From a virus: a stretch of 64,000 bases of DNA. The notes under the pieces are model-generated. The model was not told the origin of the DNA, searched no databases, and worked only from the letters and a program-made list of their open reading frames with translations. The stretch covers positions 1 to 64,000 of IMG/VR virus record IMGVR_UViG_3300009184_005291; one strand, 5' to 3'. Positions 55,188-64,000 of this stretch are shown one piece after another; position 1 is the stretch's first letter, and every line of letters starts with the position of its first letter. A program made the position numbers and the translations under genes.

Positions 55188-55993
55188 TAAATATTATCAG
55201 ATTGATATTTTATGGATCTGTCGTCCGTGAAAAAATATTCTCTTTTGGCGGTTTGAATCCAAAACTTAACCTCGTCCTCAACCATTTTATTATCACCAAA
55301 CTTATAGTTCCAGAAAACAGAACCTTCTCTTAGATTTACGTGTTTGTACCCTAGTCTTGGAATTGTCATTATTGATACTGAGTTATAAGTTAATCTTAAA
55401 AGAAATTCATAAATAAAAGTTAATTTTATAGATGGTTTGAAGCCACCAAAATCTTCTACGATTGTTTTTTTGAATACAGAACCAGCAGTTTGAAAATTTT
55501 GATATTCTTGTAATGTATCATTAGTCAAAATTCCCATTTCTTGTGAGAAATTGGCTGCGAATGTTGCTTCATTTGTAAAACCTGCGAATAATCCCTTTTC
55601 ATCTGTCTCAACGACTACGGGTAAAAACATCTGAACATCAGGAAATGATTCAACATATTGTTTTACATTTTTGAACCAAATGGAGGAATATTCGTCGTCG
55701 AATTCAAAAAGAGATACCCATGTTCCTTTAGCGTTTTTTATTCCGAAGTTTACTTGGTTAGCATAACTAGGGTCTTTATCCCACAATAATTTTGTGACAT
55801 TCAAATCACCAAAATCATAAGAATTCAAATGGTCGATTAGAGATTGCTCTTGTGTATGTACTATTACTAATTCTTCAAAACTAACTGTTTGATTTTTTAG
55901 AGAAGTTATTGCTTTTTCAAAGTATTCATCAAAATCTTTCGCTTTGGAAGATTTGATAGGAAGTATTACTGATAGTGATAATGTATTGTTCAT
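55187..55993 (-). CDS. glycosyltransferase, GT-A/family 2-like
   Basis: LSVILP, NFGIKNAKGTWVSLFEFDD; start moved to 55993. Confidence 0.8.
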   Translation of the reverse strand: MNNTLSLSVILPIKSSKAKDFDEYFEKAITSLKNQTVSFEELVIVHTQEQSLIDHLNSYDFGDLNVTKLLWDKDPSYANQVNFGIKNAKGTWVSLFEFDDEYSSIWFKNVKQYVESFPDVQMFLPVVVETDEKGLFAGFTNEATFAANFSQEMGILTNDTLQEYQNFQTAGSVFKKTIVEDFGGFKPSIKLTFIYEFLLRLTYNSVSIMTIPRLGYKHVNLREGSVFWNYKFGDNKMVEDEVKFWIQTAKREYFFTDDRSIKYQSDNI

Positions 55994-55994
55994 G

Positions 55995-57047
55995 TTATTC
56001 TTCTGTTTTGGAAATTTGATTTTCAAAGGCGTCCGCTCTATTTGACAAATAACCGTCAAATAATGAAACTATAGATGATTCAAACTTTTGTTTATCCGTA
56101 TATCTCTCAACGGTCTCCTTCATTTTTTCAAATATTTGTGGGTCAATATTATCTTCTAACCAATTTTGTGCGTAATCTGCTACCAAATCAGGTAATAAAG
56201 TTTGGTCTGTAACCCAAATACCATTTTCTTCACTCATCCAATCAGGAGACAAATTTGGAACTTTACCTATAACTGGAACGTTTGATTTCATAGATTCTAA
56301 TGGGAAGGTTCCAAATGCACTGTGGTCATCTATCCAAACACTTAGAAAACAGTCTCTCAAAGAATTAGCAAATTCTTTTTCTGACAATCCTCTCAAATCT
56401 CTGAAAGTAAACCATCTGTATTGAGGAAATTTTAGATAAAATGTTTTGATTAGGTTAATAGCATCACTTTGGTCTTTAGAATGAACCCCAATTATTGGCA
56501 TTGCCGGTGTTGACTTAGGTGTAAATTCTTCACCGATTAATGGGTCAATAATATCAAATGAAATTTGTCTCATAACTCTCTCAATGTATTCTTTTTGCTT
56601 ACTTGAAGTTGTGATACATTTCAAGAATCCAAATTGATTCCATGTTTGACCAGGTTGTAAAGTTTCTAACATATGAGAGTATTGTTGAGTAAGAACAATT
56701 TTAGCACATGGAAGTTGTTTTACTTGTTCCATAATGAATCCGAACACTTCAGGAATAACTAAGAAATCTTCTGGAGATATTTCTAAATTTTGACCTTCAA
56801 TTGCTTTATGAGGTAATGACATGTATTCTTCGTCTAACCACGCCACAACACCCGCATAATCAGATTTTTCGTGAAGTATGATTGGGTTGAACCCATTATC
56901 TTTTAATGTTTTTGCCATTTGATATATGAGTCTCACTGATGCCTTAGCGTTACCTTTAGTGTCTTGAACTAAAAAATAAATTCTGGCTTGTTTTCCTCTT
57001 AATATCTCAATGGACTGTTTTACTTTTTCTTGAAGTTGGTTTTCCAT
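55995..57047 (-). CDS. glycosyltransferase, GT-B-like
   Basis: FGTFPLESMKSNVPVIG donor-binding motif. Confidence 0.7.
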   Translation of the reverse strand: MENQLQEKVKQSIEILRGKQARIYFLVQDTKGNAKASVRLIYQMAKTLKDNGFNPIILHEKSDYAGVVAWLDEEYMSLPHKAIEGQNLEISPEDFLVIPEVFGFIMEQVKQLPCAKIVLTQQYSHMLETLQPGQTWNQFGFLKCITTSSKQKEYIERVMRQISFDIIDPLIGEEFTPKSTPAMPIIGVHSKDQSDAINLIKTFYLKFPQYRWFTFRDLRGLSEKEFANSLRDCFLSVWIDDHSAFGTFPLESMKSNVPVIGKVPNLSPDWMSEENGIWVTDQTLLPDLVADYAQNWLEDNIDPQIFEKMKETVERYTDKQKFESSIVSLFDGYLSNRADAFENQISKTEE

Positions 57048-57048
57048 A

Positions 57049-57333
57049 TTAATAATGATTGATAAGTTTTTTATTTAATAAACTATTAAATGCGATTCTG
57101 AATGGAATACTAACGTTCGAAGTTCCCTTCATTCCTAGTTTTTCATCCACTATTTCTTGCTCAGTGAGAACTGTATCTAACAACATTTTCACCATCTCGT
57201 ATTTAATAATGTTAATTTTTGTTTCCGTAAATCCTGATTCTGAGTCATCTGAGTCATCATTCTGGCTCATATCAAGATAAGTTTCAATTTCATCTAAGTC
57301 GATAAAATAATTTTCACCTAATACTTGTATCAT
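57049..57333 (-). CDS. hypothetical protein
   Basis: 94 aa ORF. Confidence 0.6.
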   Translation of the reverse strand: MIQVLGENYFIDLDEIETYLDMSQNDDSDDSESGFTETKINIIKYEMVKMLLDTVLTEQEIVDEKLGMKGTSNVSIPFRIAFNSLLNKKLINHY

Positions 57334-57929
57334 GTTATTTCTTGTATTTTTAGTTTTAACTCCTTAAGACTTGAAATATGAAAATCAGATTCAACATTTT
57401 GATTATATAATGTGTTGAATTTAATTACAATTTTGTTTTTTGGATGATTCAATAATAGTTTAGGATTAGCAGTAAGTAAAATGTCTACAGAATCCCACAA
57501 TGAATTAATCGTGCTTTCACTATAAAATTTTACGGATTCTACTAAACATCCAAACTTAGAAATAAAAAATAATGATGCTGGTTTAGATTTACCAATTTCA
57601 TCAGATACAACAATAATGTCGTGTAATTCTCTCATATCTAAATAAAATTCATTCAATTCCAAAAGACCTGAGGGTTCTACAGATCCGGCATGTCCAAAAA
57701 TTTCCATAGTATGCTCCTTATAAAGAAAATCGTACAATTCATCTTCATTCTTGAACTTCAGATGTTTACTAATGTCTAAAGAAGTTAAATCGGATATAAC
57801 TTCATATTCGAAATCTTCTTCTCCGGTTTCTTCTTTGAATGGATTATTTAGATACCACTTTTCATACTCTTGTTGTATTTTTTTTAGAGTATCCCTTAGA
57901 ACCCCATTCAATTCTACACCTATTCTCAT
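57330..57929 (-). CDS. 5'(3')-nucleotidase-like HAD-fold protein, degenerate motif I
   Basis: MRIGVELNGVLRD resembles IGIDxDGVL; YNQ near C-terminus. Confidence 0.55.
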   Translation of the reverse strand: MRIGVELNGVLRDTLKKIQQEYEKWYLNNPFKEETGEEDFEYEVISDLTSLDISKHLKFKNEDELYDFLYKEHTMEIFGHAGSVEPSGLLELNEFYLDMRELHDIIVVSDEIGKSKPASLFFISKFGCLVESVKFYSESTINSLWDSVDILLTANPKLLLNHPKNKIVIKFNTLYNQNVESDFHISSLKELKLKIQEIT

Positions 57930-58660
57930 TCTTCGTATTTTTCTAATATTTTAGATATTAAAGGATTTCTTACAATATCTGTGGATTTGAATTCAAAAAC
58001 TCCAATATCATTCATATTTTGAAATTTTTTGAGAGCATCCCATAATCCAGTTTGTGTTTTATCTTTGTGTCTATCAAATTGTTCCAAATCACCTGATATG
58101 AAAAATTTGGAATTAAATCCAATTCTTGTTAATAATAATTTCATTTGACTCGGAGTTGAATTTTGAGCCTCTTCGAAAATTAAGATAGAGTTGTCAATAT
58201 TCATTCCCCTCATATAAGCCAAGGCGAAAACTTCTATTGCTTCAATCTCTTTTAATTTTTCTCTTACATCTTTACCAATTATTTTATTCAAAAGGTAATA
58301 TGATGGGAAAATGTATGGGTCAAGTTTTTCTTCAACACCACCCGGTAAACTACCCAACTTTTCTTCAGCTTCAACTGCGGGTCTAACAATTATGATTTTC
58401 TCATAAGGAGTATTAGGGTCAGACAACAAATCAACAGCACATTTCATTGCGATATAACTTTTACCAACACCCGCTGGTCCTGAGCATATACATATTTGAT
58501 TATTTACCAGTTTTTCATAATATTCTTTTTGACTTTCAGATAAAAATTTTTCTTTTGTTTTTCGTTTGATTATTGAACAAATTTGTTGTTTTTTATTTTT
58601 AATCGGAGCATCTTCACTTGGTAAAGTTGCAGTTGGTTTTGGTTTTGTTAGTCTACCCAT
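57926..58660 (-). CDS. phoH: PhoH-family ATPase
   Basis: GPAGVGKS, RPAVE, LGSLPG, YMRG, EEAQN, GDLEQ, VRNP. Confidence 0.93.
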   Translation of the reverse strand: MGRLTKPKPTATLPSEDAPIKNKKQQICSIIKRKTKEKFLSESQKEYYEKLVNNQICICSGPAGVGKSYIAMKCAVDLLSDPNTPYEKIIIVRPAVEAEEKLGSLPGGVEEKLDPYIFPSYYLLNKIIGKDVREKLKEIEAIEVFALAYMRGMNIDNSILIFEEAQNSTPSQMKLLLTRIGFNSKFFISGDLEQFDRHKDKTQTGLWDALKKFQNMNDIGVFEFKSTDIVRNPLISKILEKYEE

Positions 58661-58665
58661 TTTTT

Positions 58666-59760
58666 TTATTTAACTTTATGTCTTTTAGAATTCATAATTT
58701 CTCTTTTGTAAATTGTTTCTCCCCCATCAGGACTTTCATAAATCCATTTAGTTTCTAGTTTTTTTTTATCAACTTGAGATTTAATCCATTGATAAGTTTT
58801 TTTCAATCCAACTGATAGTGGTTCACTTACTTCCCATCCGATTTTTTCTCTGTAAAGTTTGTTATCGGAATTTCTTCCTTTAACTCCTAATGGACACTTG
58901 AATCCATATTTTTGAATAAACTCTTCTCCTTCGATATTTGTAATTTTAATATCTTTTTCTGATATTGAAATTGCCATACTTGCTAACTGATTGATTGTTA
59001 CCATTTCTTCACTACCAATATTAACAGGACCTTCGAAATCTGAATCCATTAATCTAAGAACCGCTTCAACACATTCATCCACATATAAGAATGAACGGGT
59101 TTGAAGTCCATTTCCCCAAACTTCAATTTCTCCACCATTTTCTGTTTCAGCAGCTTTTCTACACATTGCTGCTGGTGATTTTTCTCTACCACCTATCCAT
59201 GTACCTTGCGGCCCAAAAATATTGTGAAACCTTGCCACTCTTACGTTCAATCCATAGTTTCTACTGAATGCCAAAAACAATCTTTCAGAGAACAATTTTT
59301 CCCATCCATACTCCGAGTCTGGATTTGCAGGATATGCGGAAGATTCTTCACAGTTTGGATTTTCAGGATCTAACTGATTGTGTTCGGGATACATACAAGC
59401 TGATGATGAATAGAATAGTTTTCCAACTTTTTTCTTAACTGCCTCATGAGCAACGTTAAGGTTGATAGTCGCGGAATTGTACATAACGTCAGCATCATGT
59501 TCACCAGTAAAGATGTACAATGCTCCACCCATATCTGCCGCAAGTTGATAAACCTCATCAACACCTTCTTCTATTACTAGTTCAACTACTTTTGGGTCAG
59601 TCAAGTCACCTAGAATGAACTCATGACAAATTTCATCATGGAAGAAATATTCATGTTTTTTTATATCACATATTCTGACGTGATTACCTTCTTCTTTTAA
59701 TCTTTTGGCGAGATGTCCACCTATGAACCCTCCTCCACCTAATACTACGATTTTTTTCAT
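58666..59760 (-). CDS. NAD-dependent epimerase, GDP-mannose 3,5-epimerase-like
   Basis: GGGGFIG, LAADMGG, YSSSACMYP, YGWEK, GREKSPAAMCRK, GVKGRNSDN. Confidence 0.88.
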   Translation of the reverse strand: MKKIVVLGGGGFIGGHLAKRLKEEGNHVRICDIKKHEYFFHDEICHEFILGDLTDPKVVELVIEEGVDEVYQLAADMGGALYIFTGEHDADVMYNSATINLNVAHEAVKKKVGKLFYSSSACMYPEHNQLDPENPNCEESSAYPANPDSEYGWEKLFSERLFLAFSRNYGLNVRVARFHNIFGPQGTWIGGREKSPAAMCRKAAETENGGEIEVWGNGLQTRSFLYVDECVEAVLRLMDSDFEGPVNIGSEEMVTINQLASMAISISEKDIKITNIEGEEFIQKYGFKCPLGVKGRNSDNKLYREKIGWEVSEPLSVGLKKTYQWIKSQVDKKKLETKWIYESPDGGETIYKREIMNSKRHKVK

Positions 59761-59773
59761 TTTATTAATTAAT

Positions 59774-60676
59774 TTAATTCATTTGATATTGTAAGTATAA
59801 ATTCTTTCCCTGAAAAATAACCTTTTTATCTACACATTCTACATTAGATTTGGCGTACCAGTTTGTATTTTTTGGTATATCAAGGTCATTAGAAAAAACA
59901 ATTTTTTTACCACAACATATTTTAAGTTTGATTGGTAATATGTTATCAGTAACATTAATGAAATCAACTCTGTCTTCAGATATATCCAAAATCTTCAACT
60001 TAGTTTCATTGTAATTATTAAATCTAACATATTGAAGATTTATTGGGATTTTTTTCACTGAGACATTATTATTATCTAAGTGATTTTTTAGATTAGTTTC
60101 ATTGTGAGTTGTAAAATTATTATCATCACTTTTTGATAACCAATAATTTAATCTTGTCATGTATATCTCCATCAAATGTCTTGGACCAACGGCAAACCTA
60201 TCATTGTATCCTCCGAAAGAGTCTTCTGATGGTAATAGAATTTCATTTCCTAATAACTCCCAATTGAAATGAGACTTTATTTCTAAATCAGGTCTCAATC
60301 TCATTATATAGTCAAAAACCATATTATTATTCACTTCATATTCTTTAACTAAATTGTAAACCGAAGAAATTTGATTTAACTGATAATAGATTAATTTAGG
60401 GTCGATTTCACTATTAAGAATGAAACTTTCGTGAACATATTTTTTTTTCTGAAAACTTAAGTCAGGCAAAATTGGGTCTTCCTCAATCTTTATTGTGGAA
60501 GACATCTCAAAAAATTCTACAGGGATAGTAATAGGGGTTTTATCTTCTTTTACAAAAGATGTAAAAAATTTTAATTCAAATTTTGTATTTGTGAGAATTA
60601 AATTATCGAATATGGAAGGTAAACACCTATCAAAAGTTCTAAATTGACCTGATATACAAACCGCGACTTTTTTCAT
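59774..60676 (-). CDS. putative glycosyltransferase
   Basis: VAVCISGQFR, DYIMRLRPD, NDRFAVG motifs. Confidence 0.65.
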   Translation of the reverse strand: MKKVAVCISGQFRTFDRCLPSIFDNLILTNTKFELKFFTSFVKEDKTPITIPVEFFEMSSTIKIEEDPILPDLSFQKKKYVHESFILNSEIDPKLIYYQLNQISSVYNLVKEYEVNNNMVFDYIMRLRPDLEIKSHFNWELLGNEILLPSEDSFGGYNDRFAVGPRHLMEIYMTRLNYWLSKSDDNNFTTHNETNLKNHLDNNNVSVKKIPINLQYVRFNNYNETKLKILDISEDRVDFINVTDNILPIKLKICCGKKIVFSNDLDIPKNTNWYAKSNVECVDKKVIFQGKNLYLQYQMN

Positions 60677-61611
60677 TAATCAAAGTATTTTTGATATATG
60701 TCAAAATATTCGACAGTTTTTGATGGAAGCAAATCCCTAAAATCTTTTATGTTATCTATTAGATTCAACGTACCTCTATATCCGATTACTTCATTTTCTA
60801 AATTCCTAACTAGGTCTTGTGGATTTCTTGCTTGATAAACAGATGCTTTTGCGAAAATTACTGAATTAGGAAAGTAATGTTGCATCACATACGCTCCCCA
60901 AATATCATCCATTCTTCCTGTATATGGAAATACCGAGTAATATTTCAGAATACTTCTGTGTAAAAATGTATTTTGTGAGTTGAATGGAGTTAGTTGTTTT
61001 GTGGTGAATGGTTCAAATGGTTTGAATTTTACTATTGGTTTTTTACTTAATCTACAGATGGCATCGATGTCTGGATCACCATCCCAAAATTCAGCTTGAA
61101 CTAAAGGTGTTATTTTAATTTTACCTTTGTATTCAATATTGTTTTTAACTTGTAGATATTCAATTGGGAATCCTCTATGCCACAAATCATTGTGTTCGGT
61201 TGTAGAAATTGCATCAAAATAAGGACATGATAAGTTTTCGAATTCGTCAACTTCAATTTCTTGATTCAATAAAATATTATCTCCCCATGATTCATATGGA
61301 ATATTATCATCATCAACAGTTGCCACAATGTCCGCACCATTTTGGTAAGCATATACAAATCCGATGTTACGTCTTTGAATTGTTTTCCATCCGATTATTT
61401 CTGATAATTCAGGATATAACTCCGTTTGATATTCAGGAGTTAGATATACAACATTTTGAAAATCGGATACTAATTGTTGATACATTTCATGAGGAGTTTT
61501 AGTATCTCCGACAATTACGAAAGTAAAATCTTTTTTATCTGCTATTGTTGCGAACTTAAGAGTTGCCTCAGTTGGTTCATTGATTGTTGTTGTAATTATA
61601 AATTTTTTCAT
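60676..61611 (-). CDS. STELLO/RGP-like GT-A protein
   Basis: ITTTIN, VGDTKTP, RRNIG, VDDDN, DPDIDAI, PFNSQNT, RMDDIW. Confidence 0.75.
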   Translation of the reverse strand: MKKFIITTTINEPTEATLKFATIADKKDFTFVIVGDTKTPHEMYQQLVSDFQNVVYLTPEYQTELYPELSEIIGWKTIQRRNIGFVYAYQNGADIVATVDDDNIPYESWGDNILLNQEIEVDEFENLSCPYFDAISTTEHNDLWHRGFPIEYLQVKNNIEYKGKIKITPLVQAEFWDGDPDIDAICRLSKKPIVKFKPFEPFTTKQLTPFNSQNTFLHRSILKYYSVFPYTGRMDDIWGAYVMQHYFPNSVIFAKASVYQARNPQDLVRNLENEVIGYRGTLNLIDNIKDFRDLLPSKTVEYFDIYQKYFD

Positions 61612-61612
61612 G

Positions 61613-62221
61613 TTAATAGATTAAGTAAATATGGTTACCTTCTTTTGTGTTTATGATATTATAGTTTGGATTTATATCTCGAAGTAATGTTTCAAATTCA
61701 GATAAGGTAGGGAAATTACCTTGTCCAAGGTCTCTACAATCGTCAATTAACATCACGTGGTCGTTACGGTTACTTGCAGATTTGATGGACTTTAATTCTT
61801 CAGTCAAAGGACCGTCTAACATGCTATGGGCATCTAAGAGAATAAAAAATCTTTCGTCAGGTAATTCTTCTAATGCAGATTTCAAAGTATCTTCTGAGGT
61901 TCCAAAAAGGAAGGTTAAGTTTTCATATTTTTGCCCGAGTTCTTGATAAAGTTCTCGATAACTTCTACCATCATATGGGTTTCTATCCGGAAATAATTCA
62001 ACCGTGAAAGCAACATCAAAATGTTCGGCAAGAAAAATTGATGTTCTAGCATCGTGTGTACCAGTTTCAATCGCAAAATTTATATCACTTAGGTTTGGTA
62101 TTTCATTTTGATATTGATATAATAATGAAATAAATAAGTTTGGGATTGGTAGACTTTTTTTATGTGTTTCTGACATCTGTTCCCATCTCGGGTCACCAGA
62201 ATAATCTAAATTAAGTTTCAT
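61613..62221 (-). CDS. SAM-dependent methyltransferase-like protein
   Basis: IETGT, LDAH, LIDD motifs. Confidence 0.65.
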   Translation of the reverse strand: MKLNLDYSGDPRWEQMSETHKKSLPIPNLFISLLYQYQNEIPNLSDINFAIETGTHDARTSIFLAEHFDVAFTVELFPDRNPYDGRSYRELYQELGQKYENLTFLFGTSEDTLKSALEELPDERFFILLDAHSMLDGPLTEELKSIKSASNRNDHVMLIDDCRDLGQGNFPTLSEFETLLRDINPNYNIINTKEGNHIYLIY

Positions 62222-62222
62222 A

Positions 62223-63257
62223 TTAGTTATTTTTTATAATACATTTTAATATTTCATCTTTGTAGTCTGCTACGGTGTCAAAAGCTTTTTGAATGTTTTC
62301 AAAATCAAATTCGTGAGATATAATTTTTTCAATTTCTTCATCTCCTGTGTAATTCAAAACACAATCGTCTAATGTTTGATTAGACCTACGTACATTCTTA
62401 ATAGTTAATTCTTTAGTCCTCATTCTGTGAGGATTGTAAGAAACAAAATCTGCCTCAGGAATTCCTATCAATGCCACCCTACCATTTACTGCCGCAACAT
62501 TTATACATCCATCAATAGATTCTGTTGACCCACCGGTATCGATAGTCAAAGTCGCCCCCATACCGTGAGTTAATTCTTTAATTTTTTTAGAGTAATCCTC
62601 GGCCAATAAAAATGATTCTTTAGCACCGAATTTTTTAGCGAAATCCACTCTATAGGGTAGTTTATCAATCATGTATATATCTTTAAGACCCATTTTTTTT
62701 AGAATGGAAAACATACATAAACCAATTGGACCTGCTCCAAATATTGCAGCCGATTCAGTGAATTTTGGTTCAATTAAATTCGCGGTATGAAGACAAACCC
62801 CGAGTGGTTCGAGTAAACTTGCCAAATTAAAAGACATTGAGTCTGGAATTTTTACTAACTGTAATTCTTCAACAACAACATAGTCAGAAAACGCACCTTG
62901 GGAATTCGCCCCCATGAAAGTTCCTTTTTCACATAGATTGTGTTTACCTTTCAATGACCAGTAAGAAGTTATACAAGGCATACCTGGTTCAACCGCAACT
63001 CTATCTCCGTCTTTGAACTTACTTGATCCGTTGGCATCTACAACAACACCTGAGGGTTCATGTCCAATATACATCGGTAATGGATTTTTGAAAGAACCAA
63101 GTCCTCCCTCTTTGAAGTAGTGCATATCGGACCCACAAATTCCAACGGATTTCATGGCAACTAATAATTGTCCTTCTTTTAATTTTGGAATTTCTTCCTC
63201 GAAAATTTCAATTTTTCGAATTTGAGTTAGTTTTGCGACTCTGTTCTTCATAATCAA
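62223..63257 (-). CDS. zinc-dependent (sorbitol/threonine-type) dehydrogenase
   Basis: GICGSDMH, GHE, GDRVAVEP, GAGPIG. Confidence 0.88.
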   Translation of the reverse strand: MIMKNRVAKLTQIRKIEIFEEEIPKLKEGQLLVAMKSVGICGSDMHYFKEGGLGSFKNPLPMYIGHEPSGVVVDANGSSKFKDGDRVAVEPGMPCITSYWSLKGKHNLCEKGTFMGANSQGAFSDYVVVEELQLVKIPDSMSFNLASLLEPLGVCLHTANLIEPKFTESAAIFGAGPIGLCMFSILKKMGLKDIYMIDKLPYRVDFAKKFGAKESFLLAEDYSKKIKELTHGMGATLTIDTGGSTESIDGCINVAAVNGRVALIGIPEADFVSYNPHRMRTKELTIKNVRRSNQTLDDCVLNYTGDEEIEKIISHEFDFENIQKAFDTVADYKDEILKCIIKNN

Positions 63258-64000
63258 TATATGCTTTTTTTAAGACATCACATATGTAATTAACTTCATC
63301 TAATCTTAATTCAGGATAAAGTGGTGGGCATATGTGATGTTTACAATAGTAATCAGTATTTGGTAAATTTACAGAGGTAAATTGTTTTTTGTATAAAGGT
63401 TGGTGGTGAACAGGTATTTTATATACTTCACCAGTCAGAGTTATGTTCCTCTCTTTACAATACTTTTTCAACCAATCCCCTTCTATTGGAGTTATAACAA
63501 TTGCTTTATAGTTGGCACAAACTCCTTCACCATCTTGTCTAATTACCTTGTAATTTGTGTTTTCCAAATTTTTTTGGTATCTCTCAAGTAGTAGGGTTCT
63601 CCTTTCTATTCTACTGATGACTCTATCCAATTCGATACATCCTAAGAGTGAAGTGAATTCATTAATCTTAAAATTATTTCCTTCGGGATTAGCGATTATT
63701 CCGCCATCATTAATATCTCTTCCGAAATTTTTTAATGACTTCATTTTTTCATAATATTTTTTGTTGTTGGTAGTAATCATACCACCTTCACCAGTAGTCA
63801 TAACTTTGGTTGGAAAAAAAGAAAAGGTTCCAATATCTCCAATAGTTCCTGCTTTCAAATTTCCTTTAGATGAAAAATGTGCGTGAGCCGCGTCTTCTAT
63901 CAATGGAACTCGGTTTTTCTTACAAACATTTAATATTTTTTTTATGTCGTGACTTATAATACCTCCGATATGAACAATAATTACTGCTCCGACTTCAGGT
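63208..64000 (-). CDS. DegT/DnrJ/EryC1/StrS aminotransferase (5' end outside window)
   Basis: VIIVHIGG, IEDAAHAH, FSFFPTKVMTTGEGGM. Confidence 0.9.
   Translation of the reverse strand, partial: PEVGAVIIVHIGGIISHDIKKILNVCKKNRVPLIEDAAHAHFSSKGNLKAGTIGDIGTFSFFPTKVMTTGEGGMITTNNKKYYEKMKSLKNFGRDINDGGIIANPEGNNFKINEFTSLLGCIELDRVISRIERRTLLLERYQKNLENTNYKVIRQDGEGVCANYKAIVITPIEGDWLKKYCKERNITLTGEVYKIPVHHQPLYKKQFTSVNLPNTDYYCKHHICPPLYPELRLDEVNYICDVLKKAYIDYEEQSRKTNSNSKN

Noticed and set aside
4169-63754. Numerous antisense ORFs nested within long genes
   Set aside because: Typical reverse-frame shadows with no motifs or independent expression signals
1-64000. Alternative genetic code (stop-codon reassignment)
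   Set aside because: Core genes are full length under the standard code and no suppressor anticodon tRNA was found

Overview
AT-rich segment of a large T4-like (jumbo-class) tailed phage genome. The host is most likely Bacteroidota (Flavobacteria-like), based on TAnnTTTG promoters, Bacteroidota-style lipoproteins, a Lacal_2735-like ORF and bS21. From left to right: (1) small accessory genes with an Rnl1-type RNA ligase; (2) late acidic/virion-type proteins, ClpP and an HNH nuclease; (3) a ~9 kb RNA island (10.9-19.8 kb) with about 12 recognisable tRNAs, one of them a tRNA-Leu(UAA) split by a group I intron, plus several tRNA-shaped RNAs with replaced or hugely expanded arms, tRNA half-genes, at least seven unexplained structured RNA cassettes and two DNA methyltransferases; (4) an M23 peptidase, a HAD phosphatase, a tmRNA with a non-canonical tag, a ClpC-like ATPase lacking its N-domain and a divergent double-UVR protein; (5) the head module (terminase, portal, bS21, prohead protease, scaffold, major capsid protein); (6) minus-strand structural genes, a gp55-like sigma factor, PhoH and a glycosyltransferase/nucleotide-sugar cluster running off the window end. 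The strongest novelty candidates are the tRNA-mimic/structured-RNA array and a possible phage-encoded tmRNA-ClpCP tagging and proteolysis circuit. All family assignments come from motif recognition by eye and all RNA folds from manual base-pairing; no searches were run.
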